Shown: positions 9,697 to 20,943, counted from the first letter of the stretch. The stretch is DNA of 64,000 nucleotides from Candidatus Omnitrophota bacterium (GCA_011620275.1 WOZK01000004.1:21931-85930), one strand, 5' to 3'. Translations and numbers: made by a program. Notes: generated from the letters alone by a model not told the origin.

Positions 9697-10065
9697 TCAA
9701 TGCTGGATCGTGTGCGCTTCCGCCTGTCTCTTTATGCTGAATATCCTGGAAGCCAGCGTGAGAACACCGCCCTCTTCCCGTCCGGCCGGCGTTCCGCTCG
9801 CAACGAAGCCCACTTTAACCACCCGGCAGGTATCCGGCATCTGGAACTGATCATCCATAGAGACCTTATTCCCTATCCGTATCAGGGAAGCGCTCTTCTC
9901 TATATTGTAACGCAGGACGTTGTTCTTATCGAGAAGTTCCTGGAAGGCTGATTGTTTCCTCTCACCCTCGTAAGCCAGGCGAAAGATCTCCGCCTGCTGA
10001 TAAACGTAGAGAACGGAAAAGACCGTACCTAACAATATGACGACTATTAATCGCGATATTCTCAT
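9697..10065 (-). CDS. Putative cell division protein FtsL-like
   Basis: TM helix plus coiled coil; lies between rsmH and ftsI. Confidence 0.65.
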   Translation of the reverse strand: MRISRLIVVILLGTVFSVLYVYQQAEIFRLAYEGERKQSAFQELLDKNNVLRYNIEKSASLIRIGNKVSMDDQFQMPDTCRVVKVGFVASGTPAGREEGGVLTLASRIFSIKRQAEAHTIQH

Positions 10066-10066
10066 T

Positions 10067-10990
10067 TTACCGCCTTTCCGCCACCCGCAGCTTGGCGCTG
10101 CGGCTGGGAGGATTATCCTTTATTTCGCAAGTGGTAGGAGTCAAAGGTTTGTGCGTTATTATATCAATTTTCCCCGTCGAAGCAAGCTCCCGGAAAGCCA
10201 GCTTTATCGTCCTGTCTTCCAGAGAATGAAAAGAGATCACGCAGAGCCTGCCGCCCCGCTCAAGCAGGTCCACGGCTTTGTTCACCGCGCTGCCCAGCAC
10301 CTCAAGTTCCCTGTTGACGGCGATTCTCACCGCCTGAAAAGTACGGGTGGCCGGATGCAGACGCTGATGACGGAACCTGCCGGGGATAGCCCGAAGCACG
10401 ATATCGCTTAGCTGGCGCGTCGTGGAGATCGGAGATTTCTGGCGTTCGCGCACCAGCAGACTGGCTATGCGGTTGTGCCACCTCTCCTGCCCGAAATTGC
10501 GCAACAGCGACGATATTTCTTCCTCGTTCAGATTGTTTACCAGGTCGTAAGCCGAAATATAACTATTCCTGTCCAGCCGCATATCTAACGGCCCGTCGTT
10601 CTGAAAGCTGAAACCGCGCTGAGGATTGGAAAGTTGATAGGAAGAAATGCCCAGGTCCATCAGTATCGCGCCTGCTCCGGTCACACCGAAAGAAGCCGCC
10701 ACCTTGTCGATATCGTAAAAATTGCTGTAAGCGAGATCGAAAGAACCGCTGTAAGCCTCCAGCCTTTGTCCGGCTATCCGCAGCGATTCCTCGTCCCTGT
10801 CTATGCCGATCAGCCTCCCTGCCGGCATGATGCGCTCCATCATGGCCAGGCTGTGCCCTGCCGTACCCACGGTGCAATCAATGACGGTCATCCCGGATGC
10901 CGGACGCAAATACTCCAGGACTTCGTTGAGCATAACCGGATGATGAATTACTGGCTCCATAACCTGTTCCTGCATTACGCCTGTGATCAA
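10067..10990 (-). CDS. rsmH: 16S rRNA m4C1402 methyltransferase
   Basis: HHPVML.EV, DLGISS.Q, GPLDMR, HPATRTFQA, SFHSLEDR, RSAKLR. Confidence 0.96.
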   Translation of the reverse strand: MITGVMQEQVMEPVIHHPVMLNEVLEYLRPASGMTVIDCTVGTAGHSLAMMERIMPAGRLIGIDRDEESLRIAGQRLEAYSGSFDLAYSNFYDIDKVAASFGVTGAGAILMDLGISSYQLSNPQRGFSFQNDGPLDMRLDRNSYISAYDLVNNLNEEEISSLLRNFGQERWHNRIASLLVRERQKSPISTTRQLSDIVLRAIPGRFRHQRLHPATRTFQAVRIAVNRELEVLGSAVNKAVDLLERGGRLCVISFHSLEDRTIKLAFRELASTGKIDIITHKPLTPTTCEIKDNPPSRSAKLRVAERR

Positions 10991-10991
10991 C

Positions 10992-11429
10992 TTAACTCCC
11001 TATCAATCTCTCGGCGATCTGTTCAAAAGCCGGCTGGGAATTCCGGCAGAATTCCTGCCATCTTTCCTTATCCCATATTTCTATGCGGGTAGAGACGCCG
11101 ACTAACACGACTTCGTTTTTTATTCCGGCAAAATCCTTGAGGGACGCCGGCAGGAGTATGCGCCCCTGTCCGTCCGGCACTGCCTCAAAAGCTCCGGAGA
11201 AATAAAGACGGTTGAAGGTCCTGGCTTCCTGTCTGGTAAAAGAGAGTTCTTTAAGGCGGGACTCGTTGATGCGCCATTCCTCCTCCGAGAACATAAAAAG
11301 ACATTTCTCGAAGCCGCGGTTCAAGAAAAACTTCTCTATAGAATTGGCTTTCGCCGTTTCACGAAATTTAGACGGCAGGATAATACGCCCTTTGCGGTCT
11401 ATGGAGTGTTGATATTCTCCGTAAAACAT
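10992..11429 (-). CDS. mraZ: Transcriptional regulator MraZ
   Basis: MFYGEY, two DxxGR motifs, IEIW; start refined to ATG 11429. Confidence 0.95.
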   Translation of the reverse strand: MFYGEYQHSIDRKGRIILPSKFRETAKANSIEKFFLNRGFEKCLFMFSEEEWRINESRLKELSFTRQEARTFNRLYFSGAFEAVPDGQGRILLPASLKDFAGIKNEVVLVGVSTRIEIWDKERWQEFCRNSQPAFEQIAERLIGS

Positions 11430-11441
11430 AGACCATCCTTT

Positions 11442-11475
11442 CCACTTTAAGCCACTTTGTTCCACCAGTATCCAC
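11442..11475 (-). promoter_or_regulatory. MraZ-binding direct repeats (4 x GTGG, 10-bp period)
   Basis: CCAC on + strand at 11442, 11452, 11462 and 11472; matches the known MraZ operator architecture. Confidence 0.8.
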
Positions 11476-11476
11476 A

Positions 11477-11504
11477 AGTATAACAAATTGCCTTTTAATG
11501 TCAA
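11477..11504 (-). promoter_or_regulatory. Sigma70-type dcw promoter
   Basis: TTGACA-16nt-TATACT with TGn extended -10. Confidence 0.7.
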
Positions 11505-11574
11505 GGCAAAAATACACAGAAAAGCCTTTTTTTATTCTTGTTAATCGAAGCAAAAGCTGGGTTTAGGAACAAGT

Positions 11575-11732
11575 TCTGTTTCCTATTATGTCCAGATTGA
11601 GTCTCTCAGAGTTGATCCTTCAACACACCTTGGTAATGGGCCTATCGGGTTACTTCGGTTTGATTAACTGCGGATAGGAGATCTTGTATTGCGGCTTCCG
11701 GCTCCTCGATTTTTCTTGCTTTCACCATAGCC
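11575..11732 (+). mobile_element. Candidate orphan IS110/IS1111-type non-coding end
   Basis: Stem 11610-11617/11662-11669 encloses an internal loop and inner hairpin; ends TTGCTTTCACCATAG; resemblance to IS110 ends is from recall, not a search. Confidence 0.4.
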
Positions 11733-11764
11733 GTTAACACGACACCCGAGACCGGTTTTTCTAT

Positions 11765-12682
11765 TTAATTTTCAAGAAAAGACTCTCTTGCTTTCTCCGC
11801 GTCCTTCGCTATCTGTTTTTTCAAAGCGGCAACGGAAGGGAATTTTCTGTCTCTGCGGATCATGCGGAGAAAATTTATCGAAAGATTATGCCCGTAGAGG
11901 TCGCGCGCGTAGTCTAAGATATACACCTCGATGCGTCTTTCACTCCCCTTCCCCAGAGTCGGCCGCCTGCCGATATAACAGAGTCCGTTGAGCGGACGTG
12001 ACCGGCCGGGGATGTCCGGCAGGACATTCACCGAGTATACGCCGGCAGGAGGGAGTATCTCGTGATGAGGATCTATGTTCGCCGTCGGAAAACCTATCCG
12101 TCTCCCGAATCCGTCCCCCCTTATCACCGTCCCGTAGACGCTCACCGGCCTCCCCAGCATACGCTCCGCCTCGGTCAGCTTCCCTGCCTGAATGAATTTT
12201 CTTATCAACGTGCTGCTGACCGGTCTGCCTCCGCAGTGCATCCTTGGGAACACGCGCACCCCGAAACCCAGTTTTCGTCCGAAGGCTCTCAATAAACCTA
12301 CTCTGCCGGCGGCGCCTCTGCCGAAACGAAAATTATCGCCCACGTAAACATGGCGAGCGTTCAATCTCTTGTATATGATATCCCTAAGGAACTCTTCCGC
12401 GGTAAGCGCGGAGAAGGCCGAAGAGAAATCCAGCACGACGCAGACGTCTATGCCGCATTCTGCGATGAGCTTTATCCTGTGCTCCAGCGAATAAAGACTT
12501 TTCTGACTCTGCGGATGGGGATAAAAAGTCAAAGCCACCGATGTCCCGCCGGATGCCCTGGCCTTTTTCGCCGCCGACTCCAGTATGCGGCGGTGGGCAA
12601 AGTGCACCCCGTCGAAAACCCCTATCGCCACAACCGGAGCGGGACGGCGGAAAGAACGCGGCAGACACGGAAAAATCTTCAT
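11765..12682 (-). CDS. ribF: Bifunctional riboflavin kinase/FAD synthetase
   Basis: IGVFDGVH, TFYPHP, VSSTLIR, GFPTAN, GVY, G.RPT motifs. Confidence 0.95.
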   Translation of the reverse strand: MKIFPCLPRSFRRPAPVVAIGVFDGVHFAHRRILESAAKKARASGGTSVALTFYPHPQSQKSLYSLEHRIKLIAECGIDVCVVLDFSSAFSALTAEEFLRDIIYKRLNARHVYVGDNFRFGRGAAGRVGLLRAFGRKLGFGVRVFPRMHCGGRPVSSTLIRKFIQAGKLTEAERMLGRPVSVYGTVIRGDGFGRRIGFPTANIDPHHEILPPAGVYSVNVLPDIPGRSRPLNGLCYIGRRPTLGKGSERRIEVYILDYARDLYGHNLSINFLRMIRRDRKFPSVAALKKQIAKDAEKARESFLEN

Positions 12683-13644
12683 AAGATCTTCCCTTTTACC
12701 GCCGACAGAACTTTCTTCACCGCTGTTTTCATCTCCCCGGCAACGGTGCAGCCGCTGGCAGTGGAGTGTCCGCCGCCGCCGAACATTCCGGCGATATTAT
12801 TCACGTCTATTCTGCCGCGCGAACGGAAGTTCACGCGGATACTCCCTTTGGCGCCGAAGTTCTCCCTGAAAAGCACGACCACCTCCGCCTCTTTGACGGA
12901 ACGCGCGTAGCTCAAAATCTGCTCGGTCAAATCCATAGACATCCTGCGCCTGGGCATCATGCTCCTCTCCACCGCGAACCAGACGAGTTTACCCGATTGG
13001 TCTTTCTTCATCGTGCCCAGGATGCGCGCCAAAGCCTGCATATCGGAAAAAGAAGACGCCTCATAGATCCTCCTGTAAACGTCGGCGGGAACTGCCCCGC
13101 AACGCATCAGCTCCGCCGCAGCGAGGTGCGTCCTGTCGGAGGTGTTCGTGTAACGAAAAGAACCCGTGTCGGTCATTATCCCGGTGTACAAAAGCAGGGA
13201 GCTCTCTTTATCGAAAGGAACTTTCATTTTGCGGTAAAGATTGTAGATCATCTCGCTCGCCGACGAACTGGAAGGCTCCACCCAATTGACGCTGCCGAAG
13301 TTCACGTTGCTGACGTGGTGGTCTATGTTCAGGACGCACCGCGCACCGCGCGCCGCCTCCCCCGCCTTACCGCACCTCTTGAGGTCGGAACAATCCACGG
13401 CGACGAAACAATCGAAACCTGAAGGCGGACGTTCCGGTGTCCGCGTTATGCGCGAAGTCCCGGGCAGGAACGAATAAACCTGAGGAACGGGGTCGTCGTT
13501 AATCACCGCCGTCTTCTTCCCCAGTTTCTCCGCCAGCAGGCAGAACGCCAAGGCTGCCCCCACCGCATCCCCTTCCATGTTCACATGCATGGTAACCAGG
13601 AAACTCCTGTTATTCCGTATGCACTCAACAGCTTTTTTCATCAT
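12679..13644 (-). CDS. nrnA: DHH/DHHA1 phosphoesterase (NrnA-like nanoRNase/pAp phosphatase)
   Basis: IDHH, TDTGSF, GGGGH motifs; rbfA-ribF context. Confidence 0.88.
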   Translation of the reverse strand: MMKKAVECIRNNRSFLVTMHVNMEGDAVGAALAFCLLAEKLGKKTAVINDDPVPQVYSFLPGTSRITRTPERPPSGFDCFVAVDCSDLKRCGKAGEAARGARCVLNIDHHVSNVNFGSVNWVEPSSSSASEMIYNLYRKMKVPFDKESSLLLYTGIMTDTGSFRYTNTSDRTHLAAAELMRCGAVPADVYRRIYEASSFSDMQALARILGTMKKDQSGKLVWFAVERSMMPRRRMSMDLTEQILSYARSVKEAEVVVLFRENFGAKGSIRVNFRSRGRIDVNNIAGMFGGGGHSTASGCTVAGEMKTAVKKVLSAVKGKIL

Positions 13645-13984
13645 CTTTACGCCCTTTCAATTCATTCAGTATTTCCTCGATATGCGTGCTGTATTCGCTG
13701 GAACGGTCCGCCTTAAATACCATCTCCGGACTGAAACGCAATTTTATCCTTTCGGAGACCAGCTTGCGGATGAATCCCAACGCAGACTCAAGCGCCTCGC
13801 CGCTCTTTTTGCGCGTCGCCTCTTCTCCCAGCACGCTGTAAAAGATCTTGGCAAAACGCAGGTCGTCGGTAAGCTCCACCCTGGTGATAGTGACAAACCC
13901 CAGCCTGGGGTCTTTCATCTCGTTATGTATTATGTTGCTCACTTCTCTCTTTATCGCATTGGAGACTTTATCGCTCCTGCTCAT
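13625..13984 (-). CDS. rbfA: Ribosome-binding factor A
   Basis: KDPRLG.VTIT.V, DLR.AK, LRFSPE. Confidence 0.95.
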   Translation of the reverse strand: MSRSDKVSNAIKREVSNIIHNEMKDPRLGFVTITRVELTDDLRFAKIFYSVLGEEATRKKSGEALESALGFIRKLVSERIKLRFSPEMVFKADRSSEYSTHIEEILNELKGRKDDEKSC

Positions 13985-15296
13985 TTCGGCCCGCTCCTTT
14001 CACTTCACTGTCCGCGGCGGCGTACCTGCGTATCAAACGGCGCGCCAGGGCCAGTTCATCCTGCCTGCTTTGCACTTCTCCGTTAAGCCTGGCCTCGAGC
14101 ACGGCGGAAAATATCCGCTGGTAGAGCGGACCCGGCCCGCAGCCAAGCTGATGTATATCTCTGCCGTTTATACGAATGGGCATCCCGTTATAAAAACAGA
14201 GGAAATCTTCTATGTTCTTTCTGAACTGCCCGCCGCCGTGTTTTATGCTCAAGAAAAGTATGCTTTCGTAACTCAACGGCTCGAGTATCGAATATATTTC
14301 CGACGGCCTGGCGCGCGCGGAATGAAGCCGCTTCAGACGCGCCGCGCCGAGCTGTTTGACGGCCAAGACTCTTTTTTCGTCGCCGCGGCGCATACCGAAC
14401 CTGCGGCAGAATTCCACCGTCTGGGCGGCCGTTAAGGCGTCCAGAAGGATCATCAGGTTGACCGCCCAGATATCCGGACGCCTGCGGTGCGGCAGTCTTA
14501 GGCTAAACCAGGCGTCCCTGGCAGGAACCTGCCTGAATAAAAAGCATTCTTCCCTGCCGAGGGAAACCCGCGGATGCAGGAAATCCAGGCCCGCCGTGCG
14601 TTCAAGCCTGCGCAGCTGTCTGCAGGGAAACTTCTCTTTAAGCATCAACAGCAGTTCGTCGCGCAGCCTGTGCGGATGCACGGAATGGAGCATCCCGGAA
14701 CCGGCGGCTTTTTTCAACAGGGACAGTGTTTTCGGCTCTATCCTGAAACCATACCTCTGTTCGAACCGGACGGCGCGCAGGATGCGGGTCGGATCGTCAA
14801 TAAAACTCTCCTTATGCAATACCCGTATCTTCCCTGCCTTTAAGTCGCCCAGCCCGCCGAAGGTATCGATCAACCTGCCGAAATCACCATCGTTTATGCT
14901 GACCGCCATGGCGTTGATCGTGAAATCCCTGCGGTACAGATCGTCCTCTATCGTCCCCGGTTTGACCGAAGGCAGGGAAGCCGGCATCGGGTAAGTTTCG
15001 GTCCTGGCGGTGGCCACGTCAACCTTCAGGCCGTCGTGCGCGACGGTCGCGGTCCCAAACCTATGGTGGTGAACAACATTTCCCTTGAGCAATACCGCCA
15101 ATTTCCGCGCCGTTTTCATCCCGTCTCCCTCGACTACGAAATCGAGGTCGTAGCTGTCGGCACGCAATAAAAGGTCCCGCACACAACCGCCTACCAGGAA
15201 TATCCTGCCGCCGCTGTCTTTCGCCGCTGCGGCCGCGAGACTAATCAACCTCGACGCTTCCAGCGGCATACCGCGTAATAGACCGTCTATCTTCAT
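13968..15296 (-). CDS. Class II tRNA nucleotidyltransferase (CCA- or A-adding)
   Basis: VGG.VRD, DLD, RRDFTINAMA, DDPTRILRAVRF; start refined to ATG 15296 (GGGAG upstream). Confidence 0.9.
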   Translation of the reverse strand: MKIDGLLRGMPLEASRLISLAAAAAKDSGGRIFLVGGCVRDLLLRADSYDLDFVVEGDGMKTARKLAVLLKGNVVHHHRFGTATVAHDGLKVDVATARTETYPMPASLPSVKPGTIEDDLYRRDFTINAMAVSINDGDFGRLIDTFGGLGDLKAGKIRVLHKESFIDDPTRILRAVRFEQRYGFRIEPKTLSLLKKAAGSGMLHSVHPHRLRDELLLMLKEKFPCRQLRRLERTAGLDFLHPRVSLGREECFLFRQVPARDAWFSLRLPHRRRPDIWAVNLMILLDALTAAQTVEFCRRFGMRRGDEKRVLAVKQLGAARLKRLHSARARPSEIYSILEPLSYESILFLSIKHGGGQFRKNIEDFLCFYNGMPIRINGRDIHQLGCGPGPLYQRIFSAVLEARLNGEVQSRQDELALARRLIRRYAAADSEVKGAGRNEQER

Positions 15297-15324
15297 AATC
15301 GCTCCCGATTCCATAATCGTCTCG

Positions 15325-15525
15325 ATTCCGGGGATACGATACTTAATCCCTCGGCAACGGCTACGGTAACCAGCAGAATTCAACCTGTCTTTCCTCCCAA
15401 ATGGATACCACTATTCTTTCCTCCCCAATGGATGCCACCAATCTTTCCTCCCCTCGATGGGGAGGATGAAGGAGGGGTGATAATCTTCCCTATCCTCCGA
15501 TGGGAAAAACGAAGGAGGGATAATA
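15325..15525 (+). repeat. Composite repeat, copy 1
   Basis: GGGGATAC repeat 15325-15347, then CGGCAACGGCTACGGTAACC, then TCTTTCCTCCC units at 15388/15415/15442 (27-bp period), then CCTCCCCTCGATGGGGAGG hairpin. Confidence 0.85.
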
Positions 15526-15629
15526 TTGAAGCATCGACGAGACTAAAACAACGGGATCAGAGCCGATAATTGATATTCCTAAACCACGGCTAAAGCATTC
15601 TGAACCCACGCGCGCTAATCATGTATCAA

Positions 15630-16517
15630 TTACGGCCTAGGATGGAACATCTTATGCACAGATTTCAGCCGGTCTTTATTGATATGTGTGTATATCTGCG
15701 TCGTGGAGATATTCGAGTGCCCCAGCATCTCCTGGACCGAACGCAGGTCCGCCCCGCGCTCAAGAAGGTGCGTGGCGAAAGAATGCCTCAACAGGTGCGG
15801 TTTGATCTCTTTCTTGATTCCTGCCTTCAAGGCGTAGCTCTTTATCATCTTCCAGACCGACTGCCTGGAGAGACGCCGCCCCAGCCTGCTGACGAAAATA
15901 TAATCGCTCTGTTTCTTCCCGAGCATTTTCCGGCGGCTCTTCTCGAGATAAAACCTGATGCTCTCGACAGCCTTGCCGCCGAGAGGCACAACCCTTTCCT
16001 TGTTCCCCTTGCCGATACAACGCAGAAACCCGACATCCATGTTCACCGAACCGGTCTTGAGATCGACCGCCTCGGAAACGCGCATGCCGGTGGCGTAAAG
16101 CGTCTCCAGTATCGCCCTGTCTCGTATGCCGCGTGCCCTGCGCAGGTCCGGCTGCGCCAGCAAGGCTTCCACCTCCCCTACGGAAAGAGTATCCGGTATC
16201 TTCTTCCAGAGTTTCGGGGTATCTATCAACCCCGAAGGGTCATCCTTGAGCACCCTCTCCCGCACCAGGAAACGGTAGAACATCCGTATCGCCGCCAGCC
16301 GTCTCGCAATGGAATTGGAAGATATGCCTCGCGCCTTCTGGTCGGACATAAACTCCACGATATCGTTACGCGTGACCCCGGATAACGCGCCGGCGGAACG
16401 CGCGGATAAAAACGCCTCATATTCCTTAAGATCTCCCCGGTAAGAAACGAGCGTATTGAAAGACAGCCCGCGTTCCACGGAGAGATAATTCAGAAAGGTT
16501 TCCACCAACTCTTTCAT
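15630..16517 (-). CDS. xerD: Site-specific tyrosine recombinase XerD
   Basis: ERGLS.NT..Y, LYATGMRVSE, GKGNKER, HLLRHSFATH, LGH, TQIYTH. Confidence 0.93.
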   Translation of the reverse strand: MKELVETFLNYLSVERGLSFNTLVSYRGDLKEYEAFLSARSAGALSGVTRNDIVEFMSDQKARGISSNSIARRLAAIRMFYRFLVRERVLKDDPSGLIDTPKLWKKIPDTLSVGEVEALLAQPDLRRARGIRDRAILETLYATGMRVSEAVDLKTGSVNMDVGFLRCIGKGNKERVVPLGGKAVESIRFYLEKSRRKMLGKKQSDYIFVSRLGRRLSRQSVWKMIKSYALKAGIKKEIKPHLLRHSFATHLLERGADLRSVQEMLGHSNISTTQIYTHINKDRLKSVHKMFHPRP

Positions 16518-16550
16518 ATCGTGATTTTAGCCCCGGGCAATATCACCTGA

Positions 16551-17171
16551 TCAGCGTAAAAAAGGATTCTTCCTTTTCTCCTCGCCTATGGTAGTGCTTT
16601 CCCCGTGACCGGGATAGACCGGCGTGTCTTCGGGAAGCGTCAAGATCCGCTCGCGCAAAGACTCCAGCAAGGCATCCCCGTCGCCGCAGGGCAGGTCGCT
16701 CCTGCCTATAGTTCCGCGGAACAGGCTGTCGCCGCTGAGAAGAACCTTCCGCCCTTCATCTTCGCAGAGAAGCGCTATACCTCCCGGCGTGTGACCGGGC
16801 AGATGGATCACGCGCATCTCGACTTCGCCGGCGGTAATTACCTGGTTATCCTCGAGTTCCCTTATCTCCGCGGTAACGCTGAAAGGACTTCCCAGCGCAG
16901 CGGACATATTCAGCTCCGGTTTAAGCAGAAAAGCCCTGTCGAGCATGTGCACGTATACCGGCAGACCGAACTCGTTGTCACATCCGATATGATCGATGTG
17001 GCCGTGCGTGTTGATCACACATTCCGCCGACAGCTTGTTCTTTTCCAGCTGGCGCTTGATAACCTGGATATCCGCCCCGGGGTCTATAACCGCGGCCTTA
17101 CCTCCGGAATGCGCGGCCACGACGTAACAATTGGAATCAAGTTCCCCCACCACTATGCGCTCAATCAACAT
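16551..17171 (-). CDS. MBL-fold metallo-hydrolase (glyoxalase II-like)
   Basis: THGHIDHIG, PGHTPG, GDSLF, PGHG. Confidence 0.92.
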   Translation of the reverse strand: MLIERIVVGELDSNCYVVAAHSGGKAAVIDPGADIQVIKRQLEKNKLSAECVINTHGHIDHIGCDNEFGLPVYVHMLDRAFLLKPELNMSAALGSPFSVTAEIRELEDNQVITAGEVEMRVIHLPGHTPGGIALLCEDEGRKVLLSGDSLFRGTIGRSDLPCGDGDALLESLRERILTLPEDTPVYPGHGESTTIGEEKRKNPFLR

Positions 17172-17664
17172 TCTTCCGCCCCTCTGCGGCAGGAACCATA
17201 CTGTAGAGATAAACCGATAGTTCTTTTTTCAATACTTCAGCCGGATTCCTGAAACTTTCCACCCTATTGCCGTAGATATCCGCCTCGACCCCGCTGCGCA
17301 ATTTCAAAATCCTGTTTACATACTCCCGTGCGGCAGGCTGTTCGGCGGCACCGGCGATGCCGACACAGGCGCGCAAATGCTTCAATGACTCATCGAGGCA
17401 ATACAACTGCCGCTTACGGTTCCCTCCGGGAGAAAGCGCGAAAAGGAATTCATCGTACCAACTCCCCCAATATAGGAGATTCTGTCTGTAGAGCCCCTGT
17501 GGATCCTGTCCCGGCACGGCGTATTCCTCCGGGGCAAGCACCATCTCCACATCGCGCTCCACGGTCTTCTTACGGGTAAACTTTCTGGAAAACGATTCGC
17601 AGCCGACAGCCGCCAGCAGCGCCGCTGCCAGGACGGATATCACCACGCAATTAATTGAACGCAT
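17161..17664 (-). CDS. Hypothetical lipoprotein
   Basis: Signal peptide with lipobox-like AVGC; GGAGG upstream; overlaps the next gene start. Confidence 0.7.
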   Translation of the reverse strand: MRSINCVVISVLAAALLAAVGCESFSRKFTRKKTVERDVEMVLAPEEYAVPGQDPQGLYRQNLLYWGSWYDEFLFALSPGGNRKRQLYCLDESLKHLRACVGIAGAAEQPAAREYVNRILKLRSGVEADIYGNRVESFRNPAEVLKKELSVYLYSMVPAAEGRKNVD

Positions 17665-17782
17665 CGGTTTTACCTCCGGTAAATAATATTTATGCTTCCA
17701 AGGCGCTAAAACTTTACCTTAAAGAAAAAAGTGTTGCAGCCGCCGCTCAGCACAAAAACCATGAACGCATCGAGGAGCAAAA

Positions 17783-20118
<2,336 letters not shown>

Positions 20119-20203
20119 AGGAGCACCCCGAATTTTAATTATAACACGATAATTATGTGAAGAGAAATCAATTCACAAATTAAACATTAAGCATTCCGGA
20201 ACG

Positions 20204-20533
20204 ATGGTTAAACCCATTCAATTTACCCGCAGCAGGCCATACCACAAGGACGATAACGCCCATGTAGAACAGAAAAACTGGTCTCATGTCCGACAGTGGT
20301 CCGGCTATCACCGACTCGAGAATCAAAAGATCGTTGCCCTTATAAATAACCTTTTTCCCAATGAATGGAGACTATTTCACAAACGTGCTTTCAAAGAACA
20401 GTTCTTTTACTTAAACCCCTTTAAACTACGTAAAGCTATGGAGAGAAAACTACAGGAAATCTTCACTCTTCACTTCGGCCGCCGGGCTTCTTACCCAATC
20501 CTCCTTCGGATACATTTATTAATGAGTCAATAG
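20204..20533 (+). pseudogene. Integrase-core (DDE, ISNCY-like) transposase remnant
   Basis: FTRSRPYHKDDNAHVEQKN motif; lacks N-terminus and is internally deleted; low GC. Confidence 0.8.
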
Positions 20534-20534
20534 T

Positions 20535-20581
20535 TTCGGCGCTCCACGCCCTAAAGGCCGCGGTTCGCTTATGATTTTGAT
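20535..20581 (-). repeat. Partial copy of IS200/IS605-like palindromic element end
   Basis: Inverted copy of 20927-20974 with a few mismatches. Confidence 0.7.
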
Positions 20582-20610
20582 AGGAAATTCTTGAAGGAAA
20601 GCAAGATCGG

Positions 20611-20943
20611 TCAGAAAAGAAGGGCCAGCGCCTGTTTCACCGTCTGGCCTGCCGCTATCCCGAGCTCGGCGGCTGCCGGACTGCATTCGCTTACTTTGAC
20701 TTCCAGAGCCTCTTCTATGTAAGCCGCGCCGGAAAATTTTAAGACGGCGTCACCGAATTTAACGGAGGCGCCCATATCGAGATAACCGCACATCCCGTAG
20801 CCCTTATCCGCTTTGAGAACAATAAAATTCCTGCCTCCCAGCGGCAGTTGCAAGGCGGTTATTTTATACTTCGACGGCGCTAAAACCGCGCCCTTAAAGA
20901 CGCGGATAATCCGGGTGCCGCTCAGCATCAAAATCATGAGCAA
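20611..20943 (-). CDS. YunC/DUF1805 family protein; 5' end lies within a palindromic mini-element
   Basis: KGYGMCGYLD and A.ELGI..G.T...AL motifs; start uncertain. Confidence 0.75.
   Translation of the reverse strand: MLMILMLSGTRIIRVFKGAVLAPSKYKITALQLPLGGRNFIVLKADKGYGMCGYLDMGASVKFGDAVLKFSGAAYIEEALEVKVSECSPAAAELGIAAGQTVKQALALLF

Noticed and set aside
15388-15525. 27-bp periodic TCTTTCCTCCC units as a CRISPR mini-array
   Set aside because: The repeat is only ~11 nt, the linkers are ~16 nt and similar to each other, there are 2-3 units and no cas genes.
15630-16517. Tyrosine recombinase as a prophage or island integrase
   Set aside because: XerD-type sequence in housekeeping context; no att sites or phage genes.
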